Notes: generated by a model not told the origin, from the sequence alone. 62,844 bases of DNA, filler included, from Diploschistes diacapsis (GCA_023645945.1; 8 parts of 8 records of this genome joined end to end with filler, not necessarily neighbours in it), one strand, 5' to 3'. Numbered from the whole stretch's first letter, positions 40,571-53,847 are shown. A program made the numbers and translations.

Positions 40571-41305
40571 CCTGTCTGTTAAACTCCTTCGCCGAGGCCG
40601 ACGCCGGACTCAACTATTTAGTGGCTCCCCAAACCGGAACGAGCGAGACAGCAAGGAAGGATCGCGTACTCGCCGCTGCCATTTGTGAATGGCTTTCTCG
40701 CTGATTAGATGCCTTATTAAGTCACTGGATCAAGGCTGTGGATACCGATCACCAGGATCGCGTCGTTGCGGGCATGCGCTGGATGTTCTTCAAGCAAGAT
40801 CCATTCGGTGATAGTCCGCCGGATATCCCTACTTTCTGGCTAGGTAAAGGGCCGATGAGAGGGTTCGCTAACGCGATATTGGATAATCTTTTCGGCAAGC
40901 TCCTGTTCACTAAGAAGCTGCATGTACGTAAGTTTACTGTGACTAAGCTGGCTTGCTTATCCTACAACTGATGCGAGTCTAAAGGCATCTATGCTACTTT
41001 CACGCTCCCATAGTACAGTGGGCGTGGCACTGGCCGCATGATGGTGGATTGGGGAATCCGGAAAGCGGATGAACTTGGACTGGAGTGCTACGTCGAGGCA
41101 AGAATGCAAGCTTTACGAGCTATACAAAAAGTACGGCTTCCGCGCTACACGAGTGAGGGAGTTGAAGCCTCGTCTGACGCTGCACGAGGATAACGACGAG
41201 TGGAAAGCGTGTAAAAGCTTTTGGAGGGCTGAATTCTGCGGCGGTGTATGGGCCAGTCAATGGCATTTGGCCAGAGGAGGCGGAAAACATCGGGCCAAAG
41301 GGTAG
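40571..41305 (+). pseudogene. GNAT-family N-acetyltransferase pseudogene
   Basis: HWIKAVDTD...RVVAGMRW and FTLP*YSGRGTGRMMVDWGIRKADELGLECYVEA, then LYKKYGF in another frame; in-frame stops at 40702 and 41011 and a frameshift near 41105. Confidence 0.75.
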
Positions 41306-42367
41306 TTTGGAGACGAATCTATGGGGGAAGGGAGATGTGCTTTGATGCATTATCATTGAGCATTCGCTACGATGATAGCCTCTTTTTTTGTGCCATTCGT
41401 GGATCTTAGAATTATCTAATTAATTTGTAAAGCTGTTTCCCGGAGGTTAGCAAAGCCAGCAAAGCCAGCAAAGCGGCAGAAATATCTTACTGTCTGGGTA
41501 GTCATGCGTCAGGCTTTGTTCTCTACCATATGTCATGCTAAGATAGTTACATCCAACATTAGCCCAACGCGGAACCTCTCCACTATCGTTCTGCCAATCC
41601 AATGGAAGAAGGTCCCGTACCTGGGCTTCGGGTCTACCATCGCCCTTATGACTATCGTTTCTCAGCATCACCACCCTGTTAAACTAAGCCAAGTCAGTCA
41701 GCAGGCGACTGCCATGGTAGCTTCGAGCGCCGATATACGGCCTTAAGATGCGTACAATTAAAACTCTGTATCGTTACTAAAGCCAGATGCGAAGCCAAAC
41801 TACTGTAAGTGACCACCTCAAAACATACTGTGTTCCTTGTTGATCGTTCATTAGGAATATCTGTCAACATGCTTGACTTCAAGATCGTCCAGTCCAGCCC
41901 CTGGGTTCTTAATATCCCACGACTCTTCTTCTCGCAAATCTAACCCATACTACCGTCGCTTACTGCGCTTGAATTCCCGGTCGCTTACCTAAGCCTGGAA
42001 GTTCCCACTCGAGGACGGATAGGACATCCTATTTCTTTCTTAGTATACTGAAGTATATTTGGGACGATAGCATATGAGATTCTACATATATTCAGAGGGG
42101 CTCAACTGCACGGTAATCAAGTTAAAAGTGGCGGTAGTATAAGATTGTTTGTTCCTTACTCACTCACATATATATACGGGCATTTACATGTCATATTGGA
42201 CATGCTAATGTGAGCAATCACCTTTTGCCAAGACCGAGTCAGGGCGTCCAAGGGATGGCCCAGCCTATATGTACAAAAGCAGAAGATCTCGCTCCTGTGT
42301 GAATTCAACGCTCACAGCCCCACTCTCTACCAACAATAGCTTGCGGATTTCAAACGCTTCAAAGACC

Positions 42368-43292
42368 ATGGGAACAGGGCCAACTAGGATTTCCACATTC
42401 TCTCTCTTCCCCTACCTCCCCTTCGAGCTCCGCAACCAGATATGGCGCGACGCTCTTCCTGAGAGGATTGAGCCCACCTTATACTTCTACAGAGATGGGT
42501 GTTGGCCGCCTCGACAACTGACTCCACCCGACAATGATTTTGATCATCGAAACGAATACTTGACTATAACTTTCAAGTCCCGCCAGATGTTACGGGGCAA
42601 TGTTCAGCTCGAAATGCCCCTATTCTTCGTCAACCGCGAGGCCCGCAAGATTGCCTTGGCCTGGATTCGCGCAAATGGCATCAAGATGCGCGCGGGCACC
42701 GAGAGGCAGCCGCTTGTCTTCGCGCACCCTTTCAGCCCTGTGCGTGATGTGCTTTTCATCGCGGCTGAGAATCGGGACGAATTCCTCTCCGAGCCTGACA
42801 ATCGAATGTTCGAGGGCGACCTCTTGGCCAAGTTTACCTACATACAGTTCGAGGTTACGCGCGTAGCTATAACTGAGGCGCTGCTTCGGAGTGAAGCTAC
42901 TGCAGCTTTCGCCGATATATTGGTAACTGCTGTTCTCCATTCTTTCTTTCCCTTCCTAGAACTGGGTCGAGTCTGACTTACGGGAAATCATATAGTACCG
43001 GTATTTCCATCGAATTGAAGTGTTATACATTATTGTCGACGCGCAGCCGGATTCACAGCACGCAAACAACGATATGAAGGTGCAGCGGCGATGGGAGCTC
43101 GAGAGCAGGCAGGGAGGATCGCTTTTCTGGAATCACGAATCTGGCGAGTTTGACGGTGGAGATGGCGAGAAGGGCAACGATAAACGTCTAGTCAGGCTTC
43201 TGAGGGAAGCTCAGAAAGGTTTTTGCGAAGAACTTGCCAGAAATCACTTTCATAGCTTTGAGATTCGGCCTGTTTTTACCGTCAGAGGATGA
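42368..43292 (+). CDS. 2EXR-domain (F-box-like N-terminus) protein, 2 exons
   Basis: FSLFPYLPFELRNQIWRDAL and PLFFVNREAR motifs; intron at about 42923-42995 joins ORFs 42269-42976 and 43020-43292. Confidence 0.8.
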
Positions 43293-44445
43293 GCGAGGCT
43301 ATTCAGGGATTATAATGTTGGATTCGTTTGGCGGAAGATACGAATCCATGATTATTACAATACTTTTTTTCGATTTTAACATCATGAAGCCTAATGGCCA
43401 GTATATCATATAAATCTTCTATTTCAAGGTGCTAAGTGCTGAAAATCGATTTGGAAGGGTTCTAGTCCTGAGCCGGCGCTGGCTGGCCGTCTTGCATGGT
43501 CTATAGTGTCTGCTCTGCATACCGGCCCTGTGCCTTGTTTGCTTAAAATCTCCTTCCTCGGCCATAAATGTTCCTCGTAACTTCTTTGCCGATAATCACC
43601 CACATAAAATAAAAGCAACTTCTGCGCCAGAGCGCCTCAGCAATCATGGCTCAAGGCCACCAGAATTATTGATGAGCCCGGCTCCGACCCGTTCGAGCTC
43701 TGAATCTAGCATTCACGTTCGAACGACCAAGTTTCGATGGCGTAAGAAATATCGATAGTAAGACCTGCAGGTTGTCGTCGGCCGACGAATGGCGCCATGC
43801 AAGCTTCAATTATTGCATTCCCCGTTTTACTTACTTTCTTCTACCCAAGTGGTTGGAGAGTCTCGACAAGTAGTTCAAAACCAATCTACTCCCTCTTGTT
43901 AAGCCCTTATAGAACCTATCATGCACCTTCGACCGCAAAGCCGCTCGGAGGTCAGCACTATGACTTCCCTTTGATGAAGAAATAACGCTTTGTTTTTGTA
44001 GCGATGCTTCATTTCGGGTTCTTCGGAAAGGGACAGTTAATATCCATGTCGCCGCCCACAAGACTGGGGGCGAAAGCAAACAAGCAGCCTCTAAGCTTCA
44101 AACAAGGGGCTATTAAAAATCAAGATGAATACACTGAGTGATCCAAAGAGCTTCAAGCATCATTCTGAAATGAACTCTAAGATTCTTGGACTTGATTAGA
44201 TCACGTTATGTTGCGGACTGCTGCTGTTATCTTTTCGCGTCTTGCCTTCTTTCGCATCGCCCGTGAAAGGAGGCAAGGTTTCTTTCCTAACACAGCAGTG
44301 TTATGGAAAGCTTGGTCACCGATTCCTCGAGTCATGCAAGCAGCGTTTAGTTTGCATTCGAAAGAACAGCCTATCTTGCAGATGAGCATATTGATCGCAT
44401 TCGACGCATTTGAAGTAACAGTGCATTTATACCATTAACGGAAAC

Positions 44446-44895
44446 ATGGCTAATCAAGAACAGATTAGTATAGATGACTATCATATGGTCACGATTTACT
44501 ACTACGATCGACCGTTTGCATACAAGCTCGATGTCATAATTCCAAGAGAGAAAGAACTCTTTGCATGTGCCAACGAAAACATTCATATCCGATGCGACAA
44601 TATTGGCCTGGCAGATTTTATGGAAGAGAAACTACAGAACGTGATCGACAACCCGGGCAGGGTATTGTGCCTAAAGATTATGAAGCACTTGGCCGTTAGC
44701 AAGATAAGGAGAATTCATGTCATTAGGAACAAGGACGATAATGGAACATTCCTCGCGGAGGTTGAAGTCGGTGCACGCAAAGTCTGGGTAACGGAGCACA
44801 GCAAACCTCACCACGAAGGAGCTACTGTTTTGAAGCAGGATTTGGGCGAAAATGTAATGGTCAGGCTTTCTCATTGCAAAATAGGCGACTTTTAG
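44446..44895 (+). CDS. Hypothetical protein (149 aa, orphan)
   Basis: ATG-started ORF with globular-looking composition; no recognised motif. Confidence 0.4.
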   Translation: MANQEQISIDDYHMVTIYYYDRPFAYKLDVIIPREKELFACANENIHIRCDNIGLADFMEEKLQNVIDNPGRVLCLKIMKHLAVSKIRRIHVIRNKDDNGTFLAEVEVGARKVWVTEHSKPHHEGATVLKQDLGENVMVRLSHCKIGDF

Positions 44896-45041
44896 GAAAT
44901 CAGGCGGTGAAATTATCAATGCATTCAAGCCCCCTCTTCCAAAAATGCCTCCCCAGGCTCATAGAACTGAGTTAATATGTCTGGTAAGAGAGCACAACAG
45001 TCCTACCATCTGTATAATATTTTTCAATGAATCAGCAGAGA

Positions 45042-45635
45042 TCACCCCCATCTGCCATCGTTGCTACCCATGTCATAATGGTTGCATGACTTCTTGATTA
45101 CTTCATGGGAGGGCCTTGATCTGGTCAAGACTGCTTTCTGCCATTCTTGCTCAATTAGACAATACGCTAATCGTGGATAGTGCTCAGTACCAACCGCATA
45201 ACTTCTGGCTGCCAAGGCTATATGGACGCTCTCCAGCAAATATAACGATCACAACAAGTATGAAATCCGACATAATGCAAGCAAGCAACACTAATCATGA
45301 TTCTGCGCTTGCTCCACCCGTATACAGCTTCCAAAGCCTTGACTTCCTGTCCGTAAGCCCAATCGGCATCGTGATAGGTATCATAGGCAAGACTCCTGAT
45401 CTGAATTAGTGATTGGAATATCACATGCCTTATGCGCAAATGAAACGTACACATAGCTTCGGCAATAGCCGCTGTCATTCAGAACGCCTTTCGCATCACC
45501 GTCCAATCCATTATGGTGCAAATAATCCAGCATACTAGGCATCCATTGCTCATCCTTTACTCGACCACGAAGCCTGGTTGCCTCTTCAATGGGCAATACA
45601 GATCGAGCCACTCGTTCGTTATCGCTTGAGGACAT
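45042..45635 (-). CDS. Possible small multi-exon hypothetical protein
   Basis: Consecutive minus-strand ORFs with one good intron signal (GTACGT...ACTAAT...CAG near 45451-45400); reading frame across it is ambiguous. Confidence 0.25.
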
Positions 45636-46531
45636 TAGCCGAAGCTCTTATGTCGAATGCCATTGATACTCACACCGCATAAATCAGGCTAATAACCGCT
45701 AAGGTCTGGAATTCGTGATACTACGATATTCTATTCTTGGGCATGGTCAACAGGATTGCAAACCACTCTAAATCCTAGACGAGGAGAGCGACGCCCGTTG
45801 ATGAAAACAATCTGTCCCTCTTGATCATCTTTTCACAAGCGGATCGTAAAAGATCTGACCTTAATGGCCTAGATACCAACAACTCGATAGAAGGAGATAT
45901 GTTTACTCTAGAAGGACCTTGTCCTGGGCAAACGTTCGACGGTATTAGGCATATTGCAGGCTTCCTCGGGATTCAGGACGGGTATATCAACAGCAAAAGT
46001 TTGTCCGCCTCGTCGCACGCAGCACCACATACACCGACCTGTCTGGCGCGCACACTACTCATAGATTCTGGTTGGCCTGCCTTTGTCGTTCATACATGAA
46101 GGATTTCATGGGGGAGGCTGAGCCTGGTTTGTGCTCATAGTTGTGATAGTTGAATGGTGTAGGATTTGTGGAAGCAGTCGCGGATCACACATAAAGGAGC
46201 GTAAAAAAATAATCTTAAAAGGTATTATAAAAATGATTGCGTGTTGCTTGTGATACAATAGAACCGATGGTCATTAGGTATGCTCAACACACCGGTTGAC
46301 ACTCTCTTACACAAACAGTATAACAGCAGTAAAAAAGGGCCTGTAAAAGGAGGGGGGGAATGTATCAAAAAAATAAATATAAATAACGCTCCGAATAACC
46401 GTTGCGCACTTCATTTTATTTTGCGGACTGTACGAGAGAGACTAAGCCGCGTCGCTACAGCATCCCTTAGGCCAAGACATTTGCAGCGAGGCTTGATCGA
46501 TCGAGGTCTCAAATACCCGGTCCGAAAAACA

Positions 46532-48765
46532 ATGAGCGTCGAACAGCGTAAGAAAGAAATTTTGGCGAAGAAGGCAAAGCTAGCAGAGCTCAAAAGAACG
46601 AGAGAGCTCCGGGAACGCGAGAAATCGCAACGAGAGTCTCTAGGCCTAGGTGCTGCAGAGGTATATTATTTCCTGACAAGCGTTATGACTGCTTGCTGAA
46701 TTAAGTCTCTCATAGGGAAGCAGCTCGTCGCCTAGCAGAGCAGAAGCGCGAAAAGAGCTTGACAATCTAATCAGCTCGTTGGTCGACAAGCCTCACTCAG
46801 GCAGGAGCTCTCGCGGAGCATCACCGGCCGCCAAGGGAAGCAGACCGGGCTCGATAGGCGACGCCACTACCCTATCGCCAGACAGGGGAGATGGGGGTTT
46901 TGAGACACCCACAAAGCAGAAACAGCCTGTGTACACCACATCACAAGCTACGCAGACACTCTCCGAGGGTGACATCTCTACAACATACGAAGCTGCACCG
47001 GCACTGAAATCCGAGATTGTTACCTACAATGCCGGGACACAAACGACAGAGCAATGGTCGCCGCAACGACAAGATGATTTCTCTGATGACGACTTCGACC
47101 GTGCAGGTTCGCCATCGCGGTCTCCACCGGCACATAGGAGATTAAGCAGGAAGGAGAAGGAAAGAGAAGATGAAGTGCGGGCTAATCTACGGCGAGAAAT
47201 CGAAGATGAGCTCAAAGCTCTTAAAGATCCCACGCAAGCAGACCCAAGCGAGGATACCGTGCAAAGATTTCCCGCCAGGGCATTGACCACCGAGGAAATG
47301 AAGGCCGTGACATCGTCAGAGGACTTCCTGGACTTTGTAGACAGGTCGAGCAAAGTCATTGAAAGAGCACTAGATCAGGAGTACGATGTTCTAGCGGACT
47401 ACGCTATGGATGGACTAGGCGAGTATGACGAAGACGAGGACGAGGGTTATGCGACTTCGACGGGTCGAAAAGGAAGGAGACTGAAGGAGGTGGCCCAGTT
47501 CTACTATGAGAGGTGGTGCAAGAAGCGAATGATCAGCGATATCAACTTCTCGCCCAAGGTTCGAAGGCGAGACTCCTATTCTTCCAAGCGTATGATGTTG
47601 ACCCATTCAGTTTCCCGAGCTCCTTCTCGCATCTTATACCAAGAATCCTTCTGCTCCTCAGGATCCCTCGGGTCTGTTGCAAGTCTGGAATCTCCACCTG
47701 CACTCTCGGCCTGAATATACCTTTCACAGCACATCCGATATCCTCACAGCCAAATTCTCTCCTTTCCACCCATATCTGATCATCGGTGGCTGCTATAGCG
47801 GACAAGTTGCACTATGGGATACCCGCTCAAGGTCAACGCTTCCGGTTCAGAAAACGCGACTTACAGGAGCAACATCCGGAGGGCATACCCACCCGGTATA
47901 TTGCGTGGACGTCGTTGGCACACAAAACGCCAATAACATCATTTCCTGCTCCACAGACGGCCTCTTTTGCGCTTGGAGCGTGGACATGCTGGCGCAACCT
48001 CAGGAGTATCTACAGCTCGTAAACCCATTAGCAGGCAAGACAGACGAGATGGCACCTACCTGCATCGGATTCCCACCGTCCGACCCAACCTCGTTTCTGA
48101 TAGGTACCGAAGACGGCACAGTGTACCCTTGCCATCGCTATGACCGCGCAGGAGCCCGAGCCGGAGTCGACAGCGACCTTCGCTACAAGGACCATTCCGG
48201 GCCCGTCATGGGCTTGAATTTCCATTCAGCGCGCGGCCCGGTCGACCTGAGCGACCTCGTTTTGACGAGCTCTCTGGACTGGACCGTCAAGCTGTGGAAG
48301 GTGCGCCCAATCACCTCGTCTTCTCGAACGACGGGGTCCACGATGTCAAAGTACAGCGCCGACTACGAGCCGCACGCGGAGAATATATCGTGCGTTGCAG
48401 ATTTCCCCAGGGAGGACGTGGTGTACGACGCGCGGTGGGCGCCGCAGCGGCCGGGTGTCTTCGCGCTAGTCGATGGCGCCGGTAGTGTAGAGGTTTGGGA
48501 TATCTTGGTGGACACTGAGATACCCGTTGCGAAAGCTACGCCTTCTAGTATGAGGGATACTGCGGGCTTTACGGGCTATGGTCTAAAGGGTCTGAACAAG
48601 GTTTCTTGGGATGAGAAGGACGGCAAGAGGCTTGCTGTTGGGGGAGCGGCAGGAGTGGTGACCGCTTACGAGGTGGGCAGCGAGCTCGCGGGCGAGGGGG
48701 TCAAGGCGGAGGACTGGGCGAATGTGAAGAGGCTGGTTGGTAAGATGGAAAGAGGTGTGCGATGA
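46532..48765 (+). CDS. PAC11: Cytoplasmic dynein intermediate chain (WD40), 3 exons
   Basis: N-terminal KKEILAKKAKLAELKR coiled coil; light-chain site TYNAGTQT; FLDFVDRSSKVIERAL; WD40 repeats with GHTHPVY and LVLTSSLDWTVKLW. Confidence 0.93.
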
Positions 48766-49085
48766 AGATGTGTAGTGGCACATGTTACATACTATGTCTG
48801 TAGATGCCATCGCTTTTGGCAAGCCATCAAGCCTTAGGTCAACTCCCACTCATGTTAGGTTCTGAAGCTCAAACCGTTGTTTGAGCATTTGCAACCATTG
48901 ACTGCGTGAGCTTCAATGGGTGATCGAACAACCCGAAAATGCCGAGAGCGTTGCAAGATCCCGAGCCGCCACCAACCGGGCGCACGCCGCCATCGAACCT
49001 CGGTCAATGGATACGCACAATCTCCGTAAGCAATGATTCAGAGTCTCTCACCTCACACGGGAAAAAAGCTTGCTGTTTCACATTA

Positions 49086-49305
49086 ATGCAACGGACCATA
49101 CAACTAGCGGGAATATTCCAGCTACGTAAACGGTCTCCAGCCACCATCTTGGGGAAAGCTTCAGCATTTCATAGCGCCGCTTCATCGTCAGCATTTACTC
49201 GCCACAGTTCCTCCCCTCCACCACCAAGTCGGAATCTCAAGCGCCAGCAACACCGCAGAACCATGGCCTCTGCAACGACCATCTACGACTTCAAGCCGCT
49301 GGACA
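49086..49305 (+). CDS. HYR1: Glutathione peroxidase (Gpx3/Hyr1-like), first exon only; truncated by contig end
   Basis: MASATTIYDFKPLD from ATG 49263 matches the fungal Gpx N-terminus and is followed by a GTACGT donor at 49306; an in-frame upstream ATG at 49086 adds a presequence-like extension. Confidence 0.7.
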
Positions 49306-49444
49306 GTACGTCTCGCCTACCCATTTGCCCCCCCCCCTTTTTACNNNNNNNNNNNNNNNNNNNNNNNNNNNNNNNNNNNNNNNNNNNNTTAATTAATTAA
49401 NNNNNNNNNNNNNNNNNNNNNNNNNNNNNNNNNNNNNNNNNNNN

Positions 49445-50612
49445 AAAAATATTTATAAAAATAAATATATTAGAATTTATAAGAACTATAACGACGTTCT
49501 TATATAATTAACTGCTTTTTAACGAAATAAATTAATAAATAAATAAAATTACCGTTCTCCCGTTTTATTTATAAAAGAGTAAAATAACTTTTAAGATTTT
49601 TTATTTATTACGTAATTAATATTATTATAATTAAACTATATATAAGGAGTGGTTAAAAAGATACCCGATTAATTATAAAATACCAAGTGGACTATTATTT
49701 AATTATTTGGATCGTAATATTATTTTTTTCTTTCAGCCTTATCGGCCCGATAAGCACCGAAGGATAAGCATAAGTATTAAATAAAAAAGAATCCTAAGTT
49801 GTAGGACAGCGATGTCTTTTTTATCTTCGAAACAAAAGAAACGTTTAAGTTTTATCATTCGTCTTCGGGGTTTTCTAGACATACTACTTTATAATCATTA
49901 TTTGTTTTCTTAAGACTGTATTAGGATGTCTTTTGTTTCTATTAAATACGCTCGTTGTGTTAAGTTTAATAAAAAGAATTGTATTTCTATTATTTGAGAG
50001 GTAGTTGAAAGAATCATCCTTTCGAAGAGGGAAGAAATCGATAAGGATTAGAAGTTTATTAACGAGAATAATAAGTAAGAAAAGGATTTAAAAAATTAAT
50101 TTCGTGAAATTAAAGATCGTCATTTCTAGCGTAAACGTTGTATTCGCCGTAATCGAAAGGTTTTTAAATTGACGGAAGATCGTGTTAACGAGCAAGCGCG
50201 TTGTTTGATGAAAAATTAGATTTAAAGTCGTTCGAGGCATATATCAATATTTAAAAAGGTTTGTTAACGAAGCTCGATCTAGAATTATTTAAATTAGCGA
50301 TAATGTCGCTTAAGTAGTTGAACTGAGTTTTAAGGGATAAAGCTTCCGTCCTATCGGGTTAGTTTTAATTGATATCTCGTTGGTTTTATATTAATTAGTT
50401 TATTAACGGGCAAGTATTTTAATATTTCTTAAATTTATTTTTATAATTTATTAATTTTGTAGAAGGTTCCTACGTGTTTTAATTTTCCGGGTATACTTTT
50501 TATTTAATTCGATATTTACTTTCCTTTACGTCAATAATTCTTTTGATTTCGTATTCGTTTTCGTTATTTGATTCGAAATAAAAGGTTTTTTATAGTGATG
50601 TGTCTAGATGTG
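49445..50612. repeat. RIP-degraded repeat containing a decayed Cys-rich / coiled-coil ORF
   Basis: Very AT-rich; remnant ...DCIRM...KYARCVKFNKKNCIS...coiled coil with TAA/TAG stops from about 49812. Confidence 0.55.
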
Positions 50613-51596
50613 TGTAAAGGTTAATACTACAGTGTGACAATAAGGCAGATAAGTGGCTATTCGGTGGCTAGATCTCTGCTAGACGATAGATGCATTGATG
50701 AAATAACTTCTGAAGAATTATCTGTGTCTGCGAAAATTCTGCTCTTATAGAAGAACACGCTAGCGGGTCTTGGTATATGTTTAACATACCCTTTGGTAGC
50801 TCTTATGGGGTTCTACGTATTATAATTATTTTTTTTCCCCAAATTCTATCTTTAGAACGTTTAATTATCGTAACGTGTCTTTATTGTTAGTTATACAATA
50901 ACAGATTTCTAATGTGTCGTCAATCTTCTATGTTCTAATAATATTAATTATTAATACTTAATTCTATCAATATTTATTGATTCCTGGCTAGCGCGTCGAC
51001 GGCGAATCGTTAATATTTTAATATATTGTTATTATTGATTTTTAACTAACGCGTCGACGGCGAGTCGTTAATACTTTAATATATTATTGTTATTAATTCA
51101 CTACTAGCGTGGGTTTAATATAAAGGCTTTATTTTTTTATCTCTTCTCTTCCTTTCTTTATTCTTATTCTCGTCAAGTACTTATCTTATTCTCGTAGAAG
51201 CTCCATCACCATATCTAAGAATAAAGACGTCCCTGTTATCCCTAAAGATAAGGGCATTCGCCCTAAAAAGATAAAAATAGCGACGTAATATCGGATCGTT
51301 ATTAATAAGCTAACGCATTATTACTTCCGAGTATGAGCTAAACGAGTTTACTTATATCCGATATACGAAATAGATTTTAACTCGTTTGTATTTTTATAAT
51401 GATATCCTAGCGCTTCGTTTAACTTACGACGTTTATTATAAAGAACATCATATTTATAAATCGGTAAGTTAACGAGCTATAAACGAGATATTTATTGATT
51501 ATTAAAGGTTCCGAATAAGTATATTTCCTAAATTATGAAACTATAGGCCATTCGTAACATTATTTTGGACGATAAAGGAACCGAGCAGGATATAGA
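50613..51596 (+). mobile_element. LTR (starting TGTAAAGG) and adjacent decayed internal region of an LTR retrotransposon
   Basis: About 330 bp shared in reverse orientation with 62230-62574; homology begins at the TG; two tandem units of about 58 bp at about 50988-51100. Confidence 0.7.
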
Positions 51597-51696
51597 NNNN
51601 NNNNNNNNNNNNNNNNNNNNNNNNNNNNNNNNNNNNNNNNTTAATTAATTAANNNNNNNNNNNNNNNNNNNNNNNNNNNNNNNNNNNNNNNNNNNN

Positions 51697-52707
51697 TTAA
51701 AAAAATGAATCCTACGAAAAGAAATTACGAGACCCACGACGGGGAATTTTTAGCTATTATAATAGCTTTTAGGCAGTAACGTTATTACCTTAAAGGCGCG
51801 TCGCAAGCGATTGAAATAATCACCGACCATAATAATCTAAAAGGATTTATAAGTTAAAAAACACTTTCAGATCGTTAAGCCAGATAAATAATAAAATTGG
51901 CATTAATAGACTTTATTATATCGCACCGTTCAAAGGCGAATAACCTAGCTAACGGCCCCTCGCGAAGGCCAGATTATTTCGAAAGAAATAATTAAATTCG
52001 GGGATTATTATTAATATTATAAAGTAAATTGGCGCAACTGAATGCTGTTGTCGCCTCGCCGGCGAAAAGGGAGCAAGCCGCGTTATAGAAGCAGGCGAAG
52101 ATTGGGATTATTAATCTGTTCTAGGGGTTTAGGGAATCCTATCTTAAGGTAATAATCTTGGGGAATCTTGGCCTAGAAAAGTAAGCTTAGATGAATAGCG
52201 ATCTAATAATGATGCTGTATTTTGTCGCTAAGACTGTTGATTATAAATAGCTCGTCTCACGTTTAATTATTTAGAAAATAATAATAAACGAAACGGTATA
52301 TAGATCGCCGTCGGAGAAATTGCGAGATATAATTATTACTTTATAGCGAGAGGATGAATTTATTAAAAAAAAGTAAAGTTTTTTAAAGCAAGCGACCCGA
52401 CGATAAGACGCCGGTAATACGCCGTAGAGGTTCAATAAGAAAGGTTTATTATAATATAAAAGTAGAATCTATATCCCGGTAAAAGAATTTATACGAATAG
52501 AACTCCTATATATTTATCATAATAATAAATTAACAGGGCATTTCGGTACCGAACGGACCTTAAAACTATTATAAAAGCACTTTTATTAAAAAAAACAACG
52601 TGCCGCTGTTGAGTAATACGTAAATAACTACGATATATACCAAAAGGTCAAAATACATAAATATAAATCATATAATAGTTTAACGTTATTATCAGTACCC
52701 CAGGGAC
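51697..52707 (+). mobile_element. RIP-degraded Ty3/Gypsy pol fragment (RNase H and integrase zinc domain)
   Basis: NYETHDGEFLAII, IITDHNNLKGF, ANGPSRRPDY and YHNNKLTGHFGTERT motifs with many TAA stops. Confidence 0.85.
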
Positions 52708-53424
52708 TGAGACAGCCCAGCCCAGGTGCTTGCCAAGACACGGCAGGGTCAATGCCCAGGTGCTTGCTAAGATACGGCAGGGTTAGGAGATGGCTGTATA
52801 GATGAGTAGTTCTCGAACCCCGGTAAGTCTAACATCCATATTACTTAACGGTACCCTTTTCCTATCTAAATAAATTTTTTTTTAATTTTTTAAATCGAGA
52901 TCTTTTATTTATAGATAGTGAAACTACACTTAATCCTTTCGGATCAAACTTAACCTCTAATAAAATAATATTTTTTCTTACGCTAACGTTTTATATTCGA
53001 AAAGTTCATTTTATTTTCGTATTCGTGACGAGAGTTTAAAACGTTAACCGAATTAAGTATTTAAATGAATCTACGATAACCGGAACTCGAAAATACTATC
53101 TACCGATTTATCATAAATAATAACTTCCGCTAATAAAAAGGATTAAAAGAAAAAAAAGAATCGATAATACTTTCGTCTTTTAAAGAATTAATCGAGATGC
53201 TATCGATTGAAAAATACGATTTAATAAATGAATCGTTAATTGAAGAATAATCCGTAAAATATCCCGCGTTATAATAATTATTAACGTTAAGGATCTTTAA
53301 ACGATTTAATACCAGCGAAGAACCAGTACGGGAAGGATCCCAGAAGGGCCCCCGCGACGAACCCAAGCGACGAATGTCCTCGTTCAAAGATCCGATGAAA
53401 GAGTAGGTCAATTGGGACAAGGTT
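52708..53424. mobile_element. LTR-like insert with a 34-bp tandem duplication, plus further degraded retroelement sequence
   Basis: GC-richer block starting TGAGACAG interrupts the pol remnant; tandem copies at 52721 and 52755 differ mainly by C-to-T changes. Confidence 0.5.
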
Positions 53425-53847
53425 ACCGAGAACGTGATAGACCTGTAGTCATGGGAACAAGCAGAAGAGATCCATAGGCAGGCCCGGTGGGCGGAATTTC
53501 TGTCCTAGTTCGACTTCAAGATTCAGTATCGCCTTAGGGCAAAGAACGTGAAAGCCGACTTACTAACGAGGGAACTTAACACAAACGAGGCTTTTAAGGT
53601 CAAAAAAGACCCTTATATATAATAGACGTTAATTAAGCCCAGCCAGCTTTTCGAAAAAATTAAGTAGGATCTTAATATATACGTTTTAAATGGGAAAGAT
53701 TATGTTCCCGAAACGCGAGAAATAATTATAGAAAAGTCGAATCTTATTGAGGTATATAATCCGATCGACGAAGTTGTTTTCGCGAACGATATCTCGACGA
53801 TAATTAAAGAAATAAAAGATATTAATCGACGTAATTTAGTATTTAAC
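53425..53847 (+). mobile_element. Second Ty3/Gypsy pol fragment (end of RNase H)
   Basis: RQARWAEFLS*FDFKIQYRLRAKNVKADLLTR. Confidence 0.8.
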
